The notes beneath the pieces were generated by a model that was not told the DNA's origin, made no database searches, and was given only the letters and a program-made list of their open reading frames with translations. This document shows positions 9,966-19,681 of a DNA stretch of 64,000 nt, piece after piece (the first letter of the stretch is position 1; every line of letters begins with the position of its first letter). Source of the DNA: Flavobacteriaceae bacterium (GTDB lineage Bacteria > Bacteroidota > Bacteroidia > Flavobacteriales > Flavobacteriaceae); the NCBI GenBank assembly GCA_024763245.1, contig JANTFW010000004.1:130-64129 (forward strand), in the 5' to 3' direction. A program made the translations under genes and the position numbers.

Positions 9966-10739
9966 CTAGCTTTTTGCAAAGAATTTGATACAGGTATCAT
10001 AAAATTCTATAGGATTTTCAGCATGTAGCCAATGCCCTGCTCTGGCAATAGTTTGGATAGTTGCCTTAGGAAAATGCTTTTTAATTACTGCAAAATCTTC
10101 CTGTAAAATATAGGAGGATAAACTCCCTTTTAAAAATAAAGTAGCCCCTTTATAACAACTTTCTTCGGGAAGTGTTTGCATAATTTTTTCATACTGGCTT
10201 ACAAATACAGACAAATTAAACCGAAAACCCAAACTGTCATTACTCTTGTGATAAACATTCTTTAACAAAAATGCAACAATGGCAGTATTATCAATATATT
10301 TACGAAGTAAAATACCAACTGACTCTCTTGTTTTATACTGGGTGAAATCCACTTTTTGCAATGCCTCTAAAATATAATCATGACCTCTAACATACACTTT
10401 TGGCGCTATATCAGCAATACAAAGTTTTGCAAGTAAGTTGGGCTGTGCCATAGCTAAAAACATAGCTACTTTACCTCCCATAGAATGACCGATAATACGT
10501 ATATTTTCCAATTTATAATACGTACAATACCGTATGATATCATTTGTCATCACTTCATAATTCATAATAGGGTCATGGAAACTTCTCCCGTGATTCCGTA
10601 AATCGATAAGATGCACCTCATAAAATGCTGAAAATTTTCGACCTAATGTAATCCAATTATCACCAGACCCCAAGAAACCATGAAGTATTAATAAGGGCTT
10701 CCCCTCTCCTAAAATTTTTGAATGAAGTATTTTTTGCAT
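9966..10739 (-). CDS. alpha/beta hydrolase
   Basis: GHSMGG nucleophile elbow, HG oxyanion motif (ILHGFLGS), C-terminal GHWLH. Confidence 0.75.
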   Translation of the reverse strand: MQKILHSKILGEGKPLLILHGFLGSGDNWITLGRKFSAFYEVHLIDLRNHGRSFHDPIMNYEVMTNDIIRYCTYYKLENIRIIGHSMGGKVAMFLAMAQPNLLAKLCIADIAPKVYVRGHDYILEALQKVDFTQYKTRESVGILLRKYIDNTAIVAFLLKNVYHKSNDSLGFRFNLSVFVSQYEKIMQTLPEESCYKGATLFLKGSLSSYILQEDFAVIKKHFPKATIQTIARAGHWLHAENPIEFYDTCIKFFAKS

Positions 10740-10756
10740 AAAATTGATATCGTTTA

Positions 10757-10764
10757 CAAAAATA
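10757..10764 (-). promoter_or_regulatory. putative -7 promoter box (TATTTTTG on minus strand) for the hydrolase gene
   Basis: CAAAAATA on the plus strand, 17 nt upstream of the ATG at 10739. Confidence 0.4.
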
Positions 10765-10809
10765 CCAAAATTCGAAAATAATTACTAAAGATATTTCAGC
10801 GCATTACCG

Positions 10810-10817
10810 TAACTTTG
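10810..10817 (+). promoter_or_regulatory. putative -7 promoter box (TAACTTTG) for kbl
   Basis: Matches TAnnTTTG. It overlaps the GTG used by the ORF track (10817), which argues for the ATG at 10841 as the true start. Confidence 0.5.
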
Positions 10818-10840
10818 TGACATTCAAATTTAGTAAAACT

Positions 10841-12034
10841 ATGTACGGAAAAATAAAAGAACACTTACAAACCGAACTCAATGCCCTTACAGAGGCCGGA
10901 TTGTACAAAAAAGAACGTATTATTACCGGCAGTCAAGATGCTGTTATTACGATTAATACAGGCGAAGAAGTCATTAACTTTTGTGCCAACAACTATTTGG
11001 GATTATCTAATAATCCTGATGTAATTCAAGCGGCAAAAGACAGCATGGATACCCACGGTTATGGAATGTCATCAGTGCGATTTATCTGTGGTACTCAAGA
11101 TATACACAAAGAATTAGAAGCAAAAATTGCCGATTTTTACCAAACAGAAGATACCATCCTGTACGCTGCTGCCTTTGATGCCAACGGAGGTGTTTTTGAG
11201 CCCTTACTCAGTGCCGAAGATGCCATTATTTCGGATAGTTTAAATCATGCCTCTATAATTGATGGGGTGCGACTTTGCAAAGCGGCTCGCTATCGTTATG
11301 CCAATAATGATATGGCAGAACTAGAAGCACAACTCATTGAAGCCAACAAAAATAAGCATCGTTTTAAAATAATTGTTACTGATGGTGTTTTTTCAATGGA
11401 CGGTGTGGTTGCTCAATTAGATAAAATTTGTGATTTAGCCGATCAATACGATGCCTTGGTTATGGTTGATGAATGTCATGCCGCAGGATTTATTGGTAAA
11501 ACAGGTCGTGGTACTATAGAACTAAAGAATGTAATGGGACGTGTAGATATTATTACCGGAACACTGGGAAAAGCCCTAGGAGGGGCTATGGGTGGTTATA
11601 CCACAGGGCGTAAAGAAATTATAGAGATGCTACGCCAAAAATCAAGGCCTTATCTTTTTTCTAACTCACTAGCTCCCGGCTTAGTTGGAGCCTCTCTAAA
11701 AGTGTACGATATGTTATCTAAAGACACCCATCTTCGTGATACTTTAGAATGGAATACACAGTACTTTAAAAAAGGAATGGAAGAAGCCGGTTTTGATATT
11801 GTCAAAGGTGATTCGGCCATTGTTCCCGTAATGCTTTATGATGCAAAACTGTCGCAAGTAATGGCAGATAAACTTTTAGAAGAAGGAATCTATGTTATCG
11901 GCTTTTATTTTCCGGTGGTTCCAAAAGGAAAAGCCAGAATTCGCGTACAACTATCTGCAGCTCATACCAAAGAGCATTTGGATAAAGCCCTCGCAGCATT
12001 CGCTAAAGTGGGAAAAGAACTCGACATTATTTAA
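10841..12034 (+). CDS. kbl: glycine C-acetyltransferase (2-amino-3-ketobutyrate CoA ligase)
   Basis: From memory, near-colinear with E. coli Kbl: [51 protein letters not shown] (PLP Lys), [11 protein letters not shown]. Confidence 0.9.
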   Translation: MYGKIKEHLQTELNALTEAGLYKKERIITGSQDAVITINTGEEVINFCANNYLGLSNNPDVIQAAKDSMDTHGYGMSSVRFICGTQDIHKELEAKIADFYQTEDTILYAAAFDANGGVFEPLLSAEDAIISDSLNHASIIDGVRLCKAARYRYANNDMAELEAQLIEANKNKHRFKIIVTDGVFSMDGVVAQLDKICDLADQYDALVMVDECHAAGFIGKTGRGTIELKNVMGRVDIITGTLGKALGGAMGGYTTGRKEIIEMLRQKSRPYLFSNSLAPGLVGASLKVYDMLSKDTHLRDTLEWNTQYFKKGMEEAGFDIVKGDSAIVPVMLYDAKLSQVMADKLLEEGIYVIGFYFPVVPKGKARIRVQLSAAHTKEHLDKALAAFAKVGKELDII

Positions 12035-12096
12035 TCCCATATTGTATTTGATAAGGGAAAAATTGAGCACAGAAGGGGTTTGTTTGGTGTTTCTCA

Positions 12097-12104
12097 TAAT
12101 TTTG
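12097..12104 (+). promoter_or_regulatory. putative -7 promoter box (TAATTTTG) for the 2TM-folA pair
   Basis: Matches TAnnTTTG, 39 nt upstream of the ATG at 12144. Confidence 0.35.
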
Positions 12105-12143
12105 AAACAGCTTTAGATTATTTATTTTCCGTATTTTTGTTTT

Positions 12144-12512
12144 ATGCAAGATAAAGAACAACATGAGGTGTACGAAAAAGCCCGCAAACGAATTCGACAA
12201 AAGAGACGTTTGTATTGGCATTTTGTTGTCTTTTTGGTAGGCTCAATTTTTCTTATTATTCTCAATATTATACTTAAAGTGGGTGAACAGTACGGCGATT
12301 GGTTTGTGTGGGCCATACTTCTTTGGTTGTTTTTATGGGTATTACATTTTGGTAATGTCTTTATCTTTGACCGCTTCTTCGACAAAGATTGGGAACGCGT
12401 AGAAACAGAAAAATTAGTTGCCAAACACCACAAAAAAGTTGAAAAATTAGAAAAAAAATTGATCGATGATGGGGTAATTTCTCCTAATCCAGATAAAAAA
12501 GACATCCATTAA
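12144..12512 (+). CDS. 2TM domain-containing membrane protein
   Basis: Basic N-terminus (ARKRIRQKRRLYWHF) followed by two hydrophobic helices. Its stop overlaps the folA start (TAATG). Confidence 0.6.
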   Translation: MQDKEQHEVYEKARKRIRQKRRLYWHFVVFLVGSIFLIILNIILKVGEQYGDWFVWAILLWLFLWVLHFGNVFIFDRFFDKDWERVETEKLVAKHHKKVEKLEKKLIDDGVISPNPDKKDIH

Positions 12513-13006
12513 TGATTACCATAATTGCTGCTATAGCCGAAAACAATGCTTTGGGCAAAGACAATACTCTACTTTGGCATTTGCCGGATGATTTTAAACG
12601 CTTTAAAAAAGTTACATCAGGGCATCACGTAATTATGGGGCGTAAGACTTTTGAATCTATCGGTAAAAAAGCCTTACCCAAACGGACTAACATTATCATT
12701 ACACGTAAAAAAAGTTATGATGCCAGTTGTATCGTGTTAGCCGATTCGCTAAAAAAAGCCCTAAGGATCGCACAGACAGACGCCAACCCTTACATTCTGG
12801 GTGGAGGGATGATCTATAAAGAAGCTATGCAATACGCCGATAAATTGGATATAACACTAGTACATCATTCCTTTGATGCCGATACTTTTTTCCCTGAAAT
12901 AGATTTAACTATTTGGAAAGAAGTAAACCGCGAATTTCACCCAAAAGACCAAAAACACGACTATGATTTTAGTTTTATCACCTATTTGCGAAGAGGTATC
13001 AAGTAA
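12512..13006 (+). CDS. folA: dihydrofolate reductase
   Basis: IIAAIAENNALGKDNTLLWHLPDDFKRFK, IMGRKTFESI and ILGGG motifs; 164 aa. Confidence 0.9.
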   Translation: MITIIAAIAENNALGKDNTLLWHLPDDFKRFKKVTSGHHVIMGRKTFESIGKKALPKRTNIIITRKKSYDASCIVLADSLKKALRIAQTDANPYILGGGMIYKEAMQYADKLDITLVHHSFDADTFFPEIDLTIWKEVNREFHPKDQKHDYDFSFITYLRRGIK

Positions 13007-13079
13007 AAGGAGTATTAGTTGATAAATTTTTTTAAATACTAGTTGTAATTTGTAATTTAGGTTGTGAATAAACCCTATC

Positions 13080-14087
13080 TTATTTTTGTTGCAATTGCCA
13101 CTCCCAAGCATCCTTAAGTGCCTCCTCTAAACTTTTTTCGGCACGCCATCCTAATGTAGTGTTAGCAAGAGTGGTATCGGCATAAGCTGCGGTAATATCA
13201 CCGGCACGACGATCGACAATCTTATAATTTAATTTTTGTTGCGTTGCTTTTTCAAAAGCTTGAATTACTTCCAGAACAGAGCTGCCCATTCCTGTTCCAA
13301 TATTAAAAAATTCGATTGGCGATTGATACTCCTTTTGCACTAATCTTTTTAAGGCTACAATATGGGCTTTAGCCAAATCAACCACGTGTATATAATCTCT
13401 AATGGCCGTACCGTCCGGTGTAGGGTAATCGTCCCCAAAAACCGATAATTGTTCCCGTATGCCGGCTGCCGTTTGTGTTACATAAGGAATTAAATTTTGG
13501 GGAACTCCCAATGGTAATTCACCTATTTTAGCCGACGGATGTGCCCCGATAGGGTTAAAATAGCGTAAAGCAATGGCATGAAAATCATGGGCCTTAACCA
13601 CATCTGATAACACATCTTCACTAATTTTTTTAGTATTACCATAAGGTGATTCTGCCGGCTTAATCGGGGCATTTTCTGTTATGGGCAATACATCGGCTTG
13701 ACCGTAAACGGTACACGAAGAACTAAAGATAAAATGGTCTTGATCCGTTCTCAACATAGCTTGCAAAAGATTGAGTAACGAACCCAAATTATTTTGATAA
13801 TACAGCAATGGCTTTTCTACACTTTCGCCTACAGCCTTAGATGCAGCAAAGTGGATAACACCGTCTACTCTATTTGTATTAAAAAAGTCTGATACCTTTT
13901 CCTTATCCAATAAATCAAACTGTTCAAATTGGGGTTTAATGCCAGTTATAGAAGTGATTTGATCTAAAACTTCAATTCTTGAATTGGATAAGTTATCAAT
14001 TATTACTACCTCAAAACCTTCTTGCTGTAGTTCTACAACGGTATGCGAACCTATATATCCTAATCCTCCTGTTACTAAAACTTTCAT
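13080..14087 (-). CDS. galE: UDP-glucose 4-epimerase
   Basis: VTGGLGYIGSH Rossmann motif, YGNTK (YxxxK), LRYFNPIGAHPS, RDYIHVVDLA. Confidence 0.9.
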   Translation of the reverse strand: MKVLVTGGLGYIGSHTVVELQQEGFEVVIIDNLSNSRIEVLDQITSITGIKPQFEQFDLLDKEKVSDFFNTNRVDGVIHFAASKAVGESVEKPLLYYQNNLGSLLNLLQAMLRTDQDHFIFSSSCTVYGQADVLPITENAPIKPAESPYGNTKKISEDVLSDVVKAHDFHAIALRYFNPIGAHPSAKIGELPLGVPQNLIPYVTQTAAGIREQLSVFGDDYPTPDGTAIRDYIHVVDLAKAHIVALKRLVQKEYQSPIEFFNIGTGMGSSVLEVIQAFEKATQQKLNYKIVDRRAGDITAAYADTTLANTTLGWRAEKSLEEALKDAWEWQLQQK

Positions 14088-14090
14088 TTA

Positions 14091-15224
14091 TTATGTATTA
14101 TTTATAAATTCTAATACCTTATCACTGATAAAGGCCAATTGTTCATCATCTAGTTCTGTGTGCATAGGCAAGGATAGAACCGTTTTACACAATGCTTGGG
14201 TTGTATTCAATTTTTTGGAATCAAAACTAAAATGCTTGTATGCCTCTTGACTATGCAAAGGAACCGGATAATAAATGGCATTTGGAATACCTTGTTCCTT
14301 TAAAAATTCATGTAAACCAGTTCTAACTTCCTCCGGTACTTTTAAGGTATATTGATGAAAAACATGAGTAGATTGTATACTCCTTTTGGGGATACTTATT
14401 GCGTCACAATTTTGAAAAGCCGTATCGTAATAAGCAGCTGCTTTTTGACGTGCTGCAGCATATCCGTCTAACAAAGGTAGCTTAATACGTAAAACAGCAG
14501 CTTGAAGTGTGTCTAAACGAGAGTTTACGCCAATCCTATCATAAAAGTAGCGTTTGGACATACCGTGATTTACAATACTTTTTAATTTTTTTGCCAAAGC
14601 ATCATCGTTGGTAAAAAGGGCTCCAGCATCGCCATAAGCTCCCAAATTTTTAGAAGGAAAAAAAGATGTAGTTCCTACAATGCCCATTGTACCGGCTTTC
14701 ATACGAGTATTATCCGAAAAAACATAATCGGCACCAAGGGCTTGTGCTGTGTCTTCAATAACGTACAAATTATGTGTATTGGCAATATGCAAGATGGCTT
14801 CCATATCGGCACATTGCCCAAATAAATGGACCGGAACAATGGCTTTTGTCTTAGGTGTTATGGCCGCTTTTAGTTGTTCGATATCCATCGTAAAAGTATC
14901 CGGATTTACATCAATCAATACCGGTTTTAGTTGTAATAAAGCAATCACTTCAACCGTTGCAGCAAATGTAAAATCTACCGTAATAACCTCATCACCGGGT
15001 TTTAGATCTAAACCCATCATTGCAATTTGTAAAGCGTCCGTGCCATTGCCGCAAGGAATTACATGTTTTACGGATAAATAATCTGCCAACTCTTGCTCAA
15101 AGGCTTTGACCTCATCACCATTAATAAAAGAGGCTGAAGAAAGCACTTCTTTAAATTTGGCATCAATTTGGCGTTGTATGTTATGGTATTGACTGCTAAG
15201 GTCGACCATTTGTATTTTTTTCAA
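14091..15224 (-). CDS. DegT/DnrJ/EryC1/StrS family sugar aminotransferase
   Basis: GNGTDAL and SFFPSKNLGAYGDAG (PLP lysine); 377 aa; 3 nt from galE. Confidence 0.85.
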   Translation of the reverse strand: MKKIQMVDLSSQYHNIQRQIDAKFKEVLSSASFINGDEVKAFEQELADYLSVKHVIPCGNGTDALQIAMMGLDLKPGDEVITVDFTFAATVEVIALLQLKPVLIDVNPDTFTMDIEQLKAAITPKTKAIVPVHLFGQCADMEAILHIANTHNLYVIEDTAQALGADYVFSDNTRMKAGTMGIVGTTSFFPSKNLGAYGDAGALFTNDDALAKKLKSIVNHGMSKRYFYDRIGVNSRLDTLQAAVLRIKLPLLDGYAAARQKAAAYYDTAFQNCDAISIPKRSIQSTHVFHQYTLKVPEEVRTGLHEFLKEQGIPNAIYYPVPLHSQEAYKHFSFDSKKLNTTQALCKTVLSLPMHTELDDEQLAFISDKVLEFINNT

Positions 15225-15249
15225 TACTCGAATTGTTTTATAGACGAAA

Positions 15250-15257
15250 CAAAGATA
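15250..15257 (-). promoter_or_regulatory. putative -7 promoter box (TATCTTTG on minus strand) for the DegT-galE operon
   Basis: CAAAGATA on the plus strand, 25 nt upstream of the ATG at 15224. Confidence 0.45.
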
Positions 15258-15276
15258 CTAATAAGAATGATATGTA

Positions 15277-15284
15277 TAAGTTTG
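15277..15284 (+). promoter_or_regulatory. putative -7 promoter box (TAAGTTTG) for the small Cys-rich ORF
   Basis: Matches TAnnTTTG, 28 nt upstream of the ATG at 15313. Confidence 0.45.
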
Positions 15285-15312
15285 TATCTTTACACCTTTA
15301 CAAAAAGCGATT

Positions 15313-15480
15313 ATGGCTTCCATAAATAAAAAATTTGATTCCGAAGATTATTATATAAATGAGCAAGGATATCGTGTTTTTACAGCCAAATACCACCTCA
15401 AAAGAGGATATTGTTGTAAAAATGGATGCCGACATTGTCCGTATGGATATGATAAAAAAACAGACAAACACCATAACTAA
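15313..15480 (+). CDS. small Cys-rich protein (DUF5522-like), 55 aa, absent from the ORF track
   Basis: Hand translation: MASINKKFDSEDYYINEQGYRVFTAKYHLKRGYCCKNGCRHCPYGYDKKTDKHHN*. It has a promoter box upstream and a CCxxGCxxCP cluster. It competes with the low-complexity track ORF 15359..15550. Confidence 0.6.
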   Translation: MASINKKFDSEDYYINEQGYRVFTAKYHLKRGYCCKNGCRHCPYGYDKKTDKHHN

Positions 15481-15497
15481 TTTTAAAACCTTAAACC

Positions 15498-16196
15498 ATG
15501 TTAAAAAAACTCGTATTAATTGCTTTTATCCTACAATTTACCGCTTGTGACGAATTGCAACAAGTATTGGAAAACTCAGGTGCTTTATCGTCATCTCAAA
15601 TAGCCAACGGACTAAAAGAGGCCTTAGACAATGGTATTACCCACCAAGTAACCGGTTTGGCTAAAACCGATGGTTTTTTTAAAAATGAACTGGTAAAAAT
15701 TACATTACCCGACGAATTAAAGAAAGTAGATACCGCTTTAAGACAAATAGGCTTGTCCAGTTTAGCAGACGAAGGCTTAAAAGTACTGAACCGTGCAGCG
15801 GAAGATGCCGTTGGCGAAGCTATTCCTATTTTTAAGGACGCCATTGTCAATATGACCTTTACCGATGCCAAAAATATTTTGATGGGCGAGCAAGATGCCG
15901 CAACAAACTATCTACAACAAGCTACATCGGTTTCTTTAAAAGCTAAATTTACACCCATCATTGAAAACTCGTATCGCAAAGTGGGTGCAGACCGTGTTTG
16001 GAAAGAATTAATTACGCGTTATAATACTATTCCTTTTGTAAACAAGGTAAACCCCAACCTAACCGATTATACTGCTGATGAAGCTTTAAAAGGTGTTTAT
16101 AAAATGGTTGCTGTAGAAGAACTTAAAATCCGCACCGATATTAAAAGTCGCACTTCTGATTTACTAAAAAAAGTTTTTGCTTTGCAGGATAAATAG
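15498..16196 (+). CDS. DUF4197-like lipoprotein
   Basis: Signal peptide plus lipobox (LQFTAC), and a helical repeat-like sequence typical of DUF4197 (recognised from memory). Confidence 0.6.
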   Translation: MLKKLVLIAFILQFTACDELQQVLENSGALSSSQIANGLKEALDNGITHQVTGLAKTDGFFKNELVKITLPDELKKVDTALRQIGLSSLADEGLKVLNRAAEDAVGEAIPIFKDAIVNMTFTDAKNILMGEQDAATNYLQQATSVSLKAKFTPIIENSYRKVGADRVWKELITRYNTIPFVNKVNPNLTDYTADEALKGVYKMVAVEELKIRTDIKSRTSDLLKKVFALQDK

Positions 16197-16365
16197 GTAT
16201 TTGGAGTTGTGATAGACTAATGGGTAGAATCTCTTAATTCACTAGCTCGGGATTGTATCTCATAATATTCCATTATCTATAAAAACTTCACTATAAGCCA
16301 AGGCTAAGAGCCAGGGTGGCAAACCCATTTCAGCCATGTTTTCGCTTTCGTTTTACAAATAAACT

Positions 16366-17169
16366 TTATTCGTAAAGTGCAATTTTTTTATGGATTTGCA
16401 TAAAATGGTCAAAGGCTTTGATTAAACGGGAACCATACCACGAAAAATATTGTCCATCGACATAGATGGTCAAGACTTTCTTATTGCTTCTCAAGACTTC
16501 GTATACTTCGTCGTCGGTAAAATCGTGGGGTTCACTACTAAAAAACAGTATCTCCGGATCAGCAATGATACGCATTCGCTTAATCTTAATTTCGGGATAA
16601 CGATCATATTTGGCATAGGCATTTTCAAATCGACAAATTCGTAACATATCATCTATAAATGTATTACTCGCTGCCACCATCCAAGGATTGGCCCAAATAA
16701 AATAAGCCACTTTCTTTATCCGTGTATCTTTTATGGTCTGTTGAAATTCGTGAAGCCTAAAATTTATCTTATCAATAATATGTGCTGCTTGTGTACGACG
16801 ATCAAACAACAAACCTAATTCTTTTATTAAGTCTAAAGCATCTTGCAAAGAATTAACATCGGACACATAAACCGGTGCAATTTTTTCCAATTCTGCGACC
16901 ATCTCCGATGTATTTTCCTCTTTACTGCACAAGATAAAATCGGGTTTAAGTGCTTTGATTTGATCAAATTTTACTTTTTTAGTTCCCCCAACTATGGTTT
17001 TGGTTACTTTATAATGGGGAGGATGAACACAGTAACGGGTTATTCCTACCAATTGACGCTCCATCCCCATATCATCTAATAATTCCGTGAGCGAAGGTAC
17101 TAAAGATATAATTCGTTGTGGTGTATGGGGTAGTAAAAGGGCTCTACCTGTAGCATCTATATATTTCAT
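16366..17169 (-). CDS. BtuF/TroA-like (helical-backbone) periplasmic-binding-fold protein without an obvious signal peptide
   Basis: PQRIISLVPSLTELL and DFILCSKEEN, typical of cluster-A binding proteins. The N-terminus MKYIDATGRAL is not hydrophobic. No permease or ATPase genes are nearby. Confidence 0.55.
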   Translation of the reverse strand: MKYIDATGRALLLPHTPQRIISLVPSLTELLDDMGMERQLVGITRYCVHPPHYKVTKTIVGGTKKVKFDQIKALKPDFILCSKEENTSEMVAELEKIAPVYVSDVNSLQDALDLIKELGLLFDRRTQAAHIIDKINFRLHEFQQTIKDTRIKKVAYFIWANPWMVAASNTFIDDMLRICRFENAYAKYDRYPEIKIKRMRIIADPEILFFSSEPHDFTDDEVYEVLRSNKKVLTIYVDGQYFSWYGSRLIKAFDHFMQIHKKIALYE

Positions 17170-17182
17170 AGACTGGGATTTA

Positions 17183-17995
17183 TTAGGTCAAATATTGTTT
17201 CATTTGTTGTTGTAAAGACAAGGCTTTTTCTCTTGCTTTTACAGCAAAATTCCTATCGGATCCGGCATAAATAATACTTCTTGACGAATTGACTAATATC
17301 CCCACTTCGTTGGTAAGTCCTTCTCGACAAACAGCTTCTAGGTCACCCCCTTGTGCACCAACACCCGGTACCAACAAAAAATGATTTGGTACTAGTTTCC
17401 GAACTTCTTTAAGATACTCAGGTCGGGTTGCCCCAACGACATACATCAGTTGCGAAGCGCCTTGCCAAGTCAAGGATTTTTGGATTACTTTTTTATAGAC
17501 CTGATCTGTATCGCATACCAAACCTTGAAAATCGGCACTTCCTGTATTAGACGTTAAAGCCAATAGTATGGTAAACTTATCCTTAAATACCAAAAAGGGT
17601 TCCACCGAATCGCGTCCCATATAAGGTGCTACGGTTAAAGCATCAAAATCCATGTTTTCAAAAAAAGCTTTGGCATATCGTGTAGAAGTATTGCCAATAT
17701 CACCACGTTTAGCATCGGCAATCGTAAAAATTTCGGGATAGTTTTGATTGAGAAAAGCAATGGTCTTTTCTAGAGATTTCCAGCCTGAAAGCCCATAAGC
17801 TTCATAAAAAGCCGTATTGGGTTTGTAGGCAACCACCAAATCGTGTGTGGCCTCAATAAGCTGTTTGTTAAACTCAAAAATAGGATCCTCCAATTCAAGT
17901 AAATGCTTTGGGATTTTATCTAAATCTGCATCTAAACCAATACAGAGAAAGGAGTTTTTTTTTCGTATCTGTTGTAGTAAAAGCTCTTTTGTCAT
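17183..17995 (-). CDS. pyrF: orotidine-5'-phosphate decarboxylase (type 2)
   Basis: LCIGLDADLDKIP and IADAKRGDIGNT. A start at MTKELLL (17995) is preferred. The track's 30-aa extension overlaps the divergent neighbour and a CAAAAATA box at 18002-18009. Confidence 0.85.
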   Translation of the reverse strand: MTKELLLQQIRKKNSFLCIGLDADLDKIPKHLLELEDPIFEFNKQLIEATHDLVVAYKPNTAFYEAYGLSGWKSLEKTIAFLNQNYPEIFTIADAKRGDIGNTSTRYAKAFFENMDFDALTVAPYMGRDSVEPFLVFKDKFTILLALTSNTGSADFQGLVCDTDQVYKKVIQKSLTWQGASQLMYVVGATRPEYLKEVRKLVPNHFLLVPGVGAQGGDLEAVCREGLTNEVGILVNSSRSIIYAGSDRNFAVKAREKALSLQQQMKQYLT

Positions 17996-18061
17996 CGTTT
18001 GCAAAAATAAGCATAAAAAAATTGCGTTACTTCTATATACGCTATCTTTATTTATTTTCTG

Positions 18062-18667
18062 ATGAAGTCCAAAACAAAAAAACAAGTTCTACTCTTAATC
18101 GGTATTCTTTTTAGTGGTATTATCCTTGCCAAATGGCAATTTGTAAAACCTATTATCCACAAAGCTTTTCAACCAGTCTCTTATAAAAATAAAGATATTC
18201 CGCTTTCTAATCTTCTTAAAAAAGGAACAAGCATTTCCATACGTATTGATAAAAGTGATTATCAATTACATATTTACACTTCGGATACCTTGGTAAAAAG
18301 TTATCCTATAGTTCTGGGTGGAAATCCGATAGACGACAAATTACGTGAAGGAGATCAATGCACTCCGGAAGGTAATTTTAAGATGCGAAGCAAATATCCA
18401 CACAAAAGTTGGTCTAAGTTTATTTGGATTAATTATCCCACTGCAGATTCTTGGAAAAAACACAACAAAGCCAAAAAAGAAGGTCGTATTCCAAAAAATG
18501 CTTCAATCGGTGGGCAAATAGGAATTCACGGCGTGCCTCAAGGCACCGATTATATGATAAATGCTGGCGTTAATTGGACTTTAGGTTGTATCTCGTTAAC
18601 TCGTAAAGACATTAATGAAATTTACCCATTTGTCACCCGACAAACCCCTATTAACATTCAAAAATAA
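18062..18667 (+). CDS. L,D-transpeptidase (YkuD domain)
   Basis: N-terminal membrane anchor; IHGVPQG...TLGCISL catalytic His/Cys motif. Confidence 0.8.
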   Translation: MKSKTKKQVLLLIGILFSGIILAKWQFVKPIIHKAFQPVSYKNKDIPLSNLLKKGTSISIRIDKSDYQLHIYTSDTLVKSYPIVLGGNPIDDKLREGDQCTPEGNFKMRSKYPHKSWSKFIWINYPTADSWKKHNKAKKEGRIPKNASIGGQIGIHGVPQGTDYMINAGVNWTLGCISLTRKDINEIYPFVTRQTPINIQK

Positions 18668-18747
18668 TCCTATCATTTTTTTAGCTAAAAAAGCGATAAA
18701 AACAAACGAATAACACTAATTTTACCCAAAATTAAAAACAAAGTATT

Positions 18748-19512
18748 ATGCGTACCAAAATAGTAGCTGGAAATTGGAAAATGAATCTTGATGTAGAAGC
18801 CTCAAAAAAATTGGCTATGGATATTTCTACTGATATTCAAAACCTTGAAACAAACAACACTCGCATTATTATTGCACCTACTTTTACTAATCTTTATCCT
18901 GTAATTAACCTAGTTGGGATGGATACACGTATTGAAATAGCTGCACAAAATATGCATCAAGCGAAAAGCGGTGCTTACACCGGAGAAATAGCAGCCGATA
19001 TGATTCAAAGTATAGGTGTTAACACGGTTATCCTTGGACACTCTGAGCGACGAACCTATTTTAACGAAACCGATAAAGCCTTGGCCGAAAAAGTAAATAC
19101 CGCACTACAAAACCGTATGGATGTTATTTTTTGTTTTGGGGAAGTTCTGGAGGATCGGCAACAAAACAATCATTTTTCCATTGTAGAAATTCAGCTTAAA
19201 AAGGCTTTATTTCATCTTAAGCCTCAAGATTGGAAACACATTATTCTTGCTTACGAACCGGTTTGGGCTATTGGTACGGGAGAAACCGCTACTCCGGAAC
19301 AAGCACAGGAGATGCACGCTTTTATCCGAAACCTCCTCTCCGCTAAATTTGGAGAAAATGTAGCACAGGAAGTTTCTATTTTATACGGCGGTAGCGTAAA
19401 ACCGGCAAATGCAAAAGAGATTTTTTCGAAACCCGATGTTGATGGTGGATTAATAGGTGGTGCCGCTTTGCATTCTCAAGATTTTACGGCCTTAATTCAA
19501 GCCATTCAATAA
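18748..19512 (+). CDS. tpiA: triose-phosphate isomerase
   Basis: VAGNWKMN, ILGHSERR, AYEPVWAIGTG, GGSV. Confidence 0.95.
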   Translation: MRTKIVAGNWKMNLDVEASKKLAMDISTDIQNLETNNTRIIIAPTFTNLYPVINLVGMDTRIEIAAQNMHQAKSGAYTGEIAADMIQSIGVNTVILGHSERRTYFNETDKALAEKVNTALQNRMDVIFCFGEVLEDRQQNNHFSIVEIQLKKALFHLKPQDWKHIILAYEPVWAIGTGETATPEQAQEMHAFIRNLLSAKFGENVAQEVSILYGGSVKPANAKEIFSKPDVDGGLIGGAALHSQDFTALIQAIQ

Positions 19513-19681
19513 CTTCTTGACCCAAAAAAATATTTGAAATACGTTTTTAAAATAGGAGTAAAGGTATTGCTGTTTATCCTATTGAATTTACTGACACAAA
19601 TAGGCGCTTGATTAATCAACGAGTAATGTAAAAGCCATTTTAGAAAATATTAATTTGTAATTTTTTTACAAACCGAAAACT

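Noticed and set aside
15251-15292. 8-bp inverted repeat AAAGATAC / GTATCTTT spanning the divergent DegT / small-ORF promoters.
   Set aside because: The arms largely coincide with the two opposing -7 boxes (CAAAGATA and the sequence after TAAGTTTG), so the symmetry is probably a by-product of back-to-back promoters.
15359-15550. 63-aa track ORF upstream of the DUF4197 gene.
   Set aside because: A different frame (15313..15480) gives a Cys-rich protein with a promoter box. The 63-aa frame is low-complexity and overlaps the next gene's start.
16197-17182. Possible cobalamin riboswitch associated with the BtuF-like gene.
   Set aside because: The gene's upstream side is only 13 nt from pyrF. The GC-rich patch is downstream of the gene, and I could not see a B12-box-like sequence.
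17996-18085. 30-aa N-terminal extension of pyrF in the ORF track (MFFCFGLHQK...).
   Set aside because: The extension overlaps the divergent L,D-transpeptidase start and contains a minus-strand -7 box. PyrF-like sequence begins at MTKELLL.
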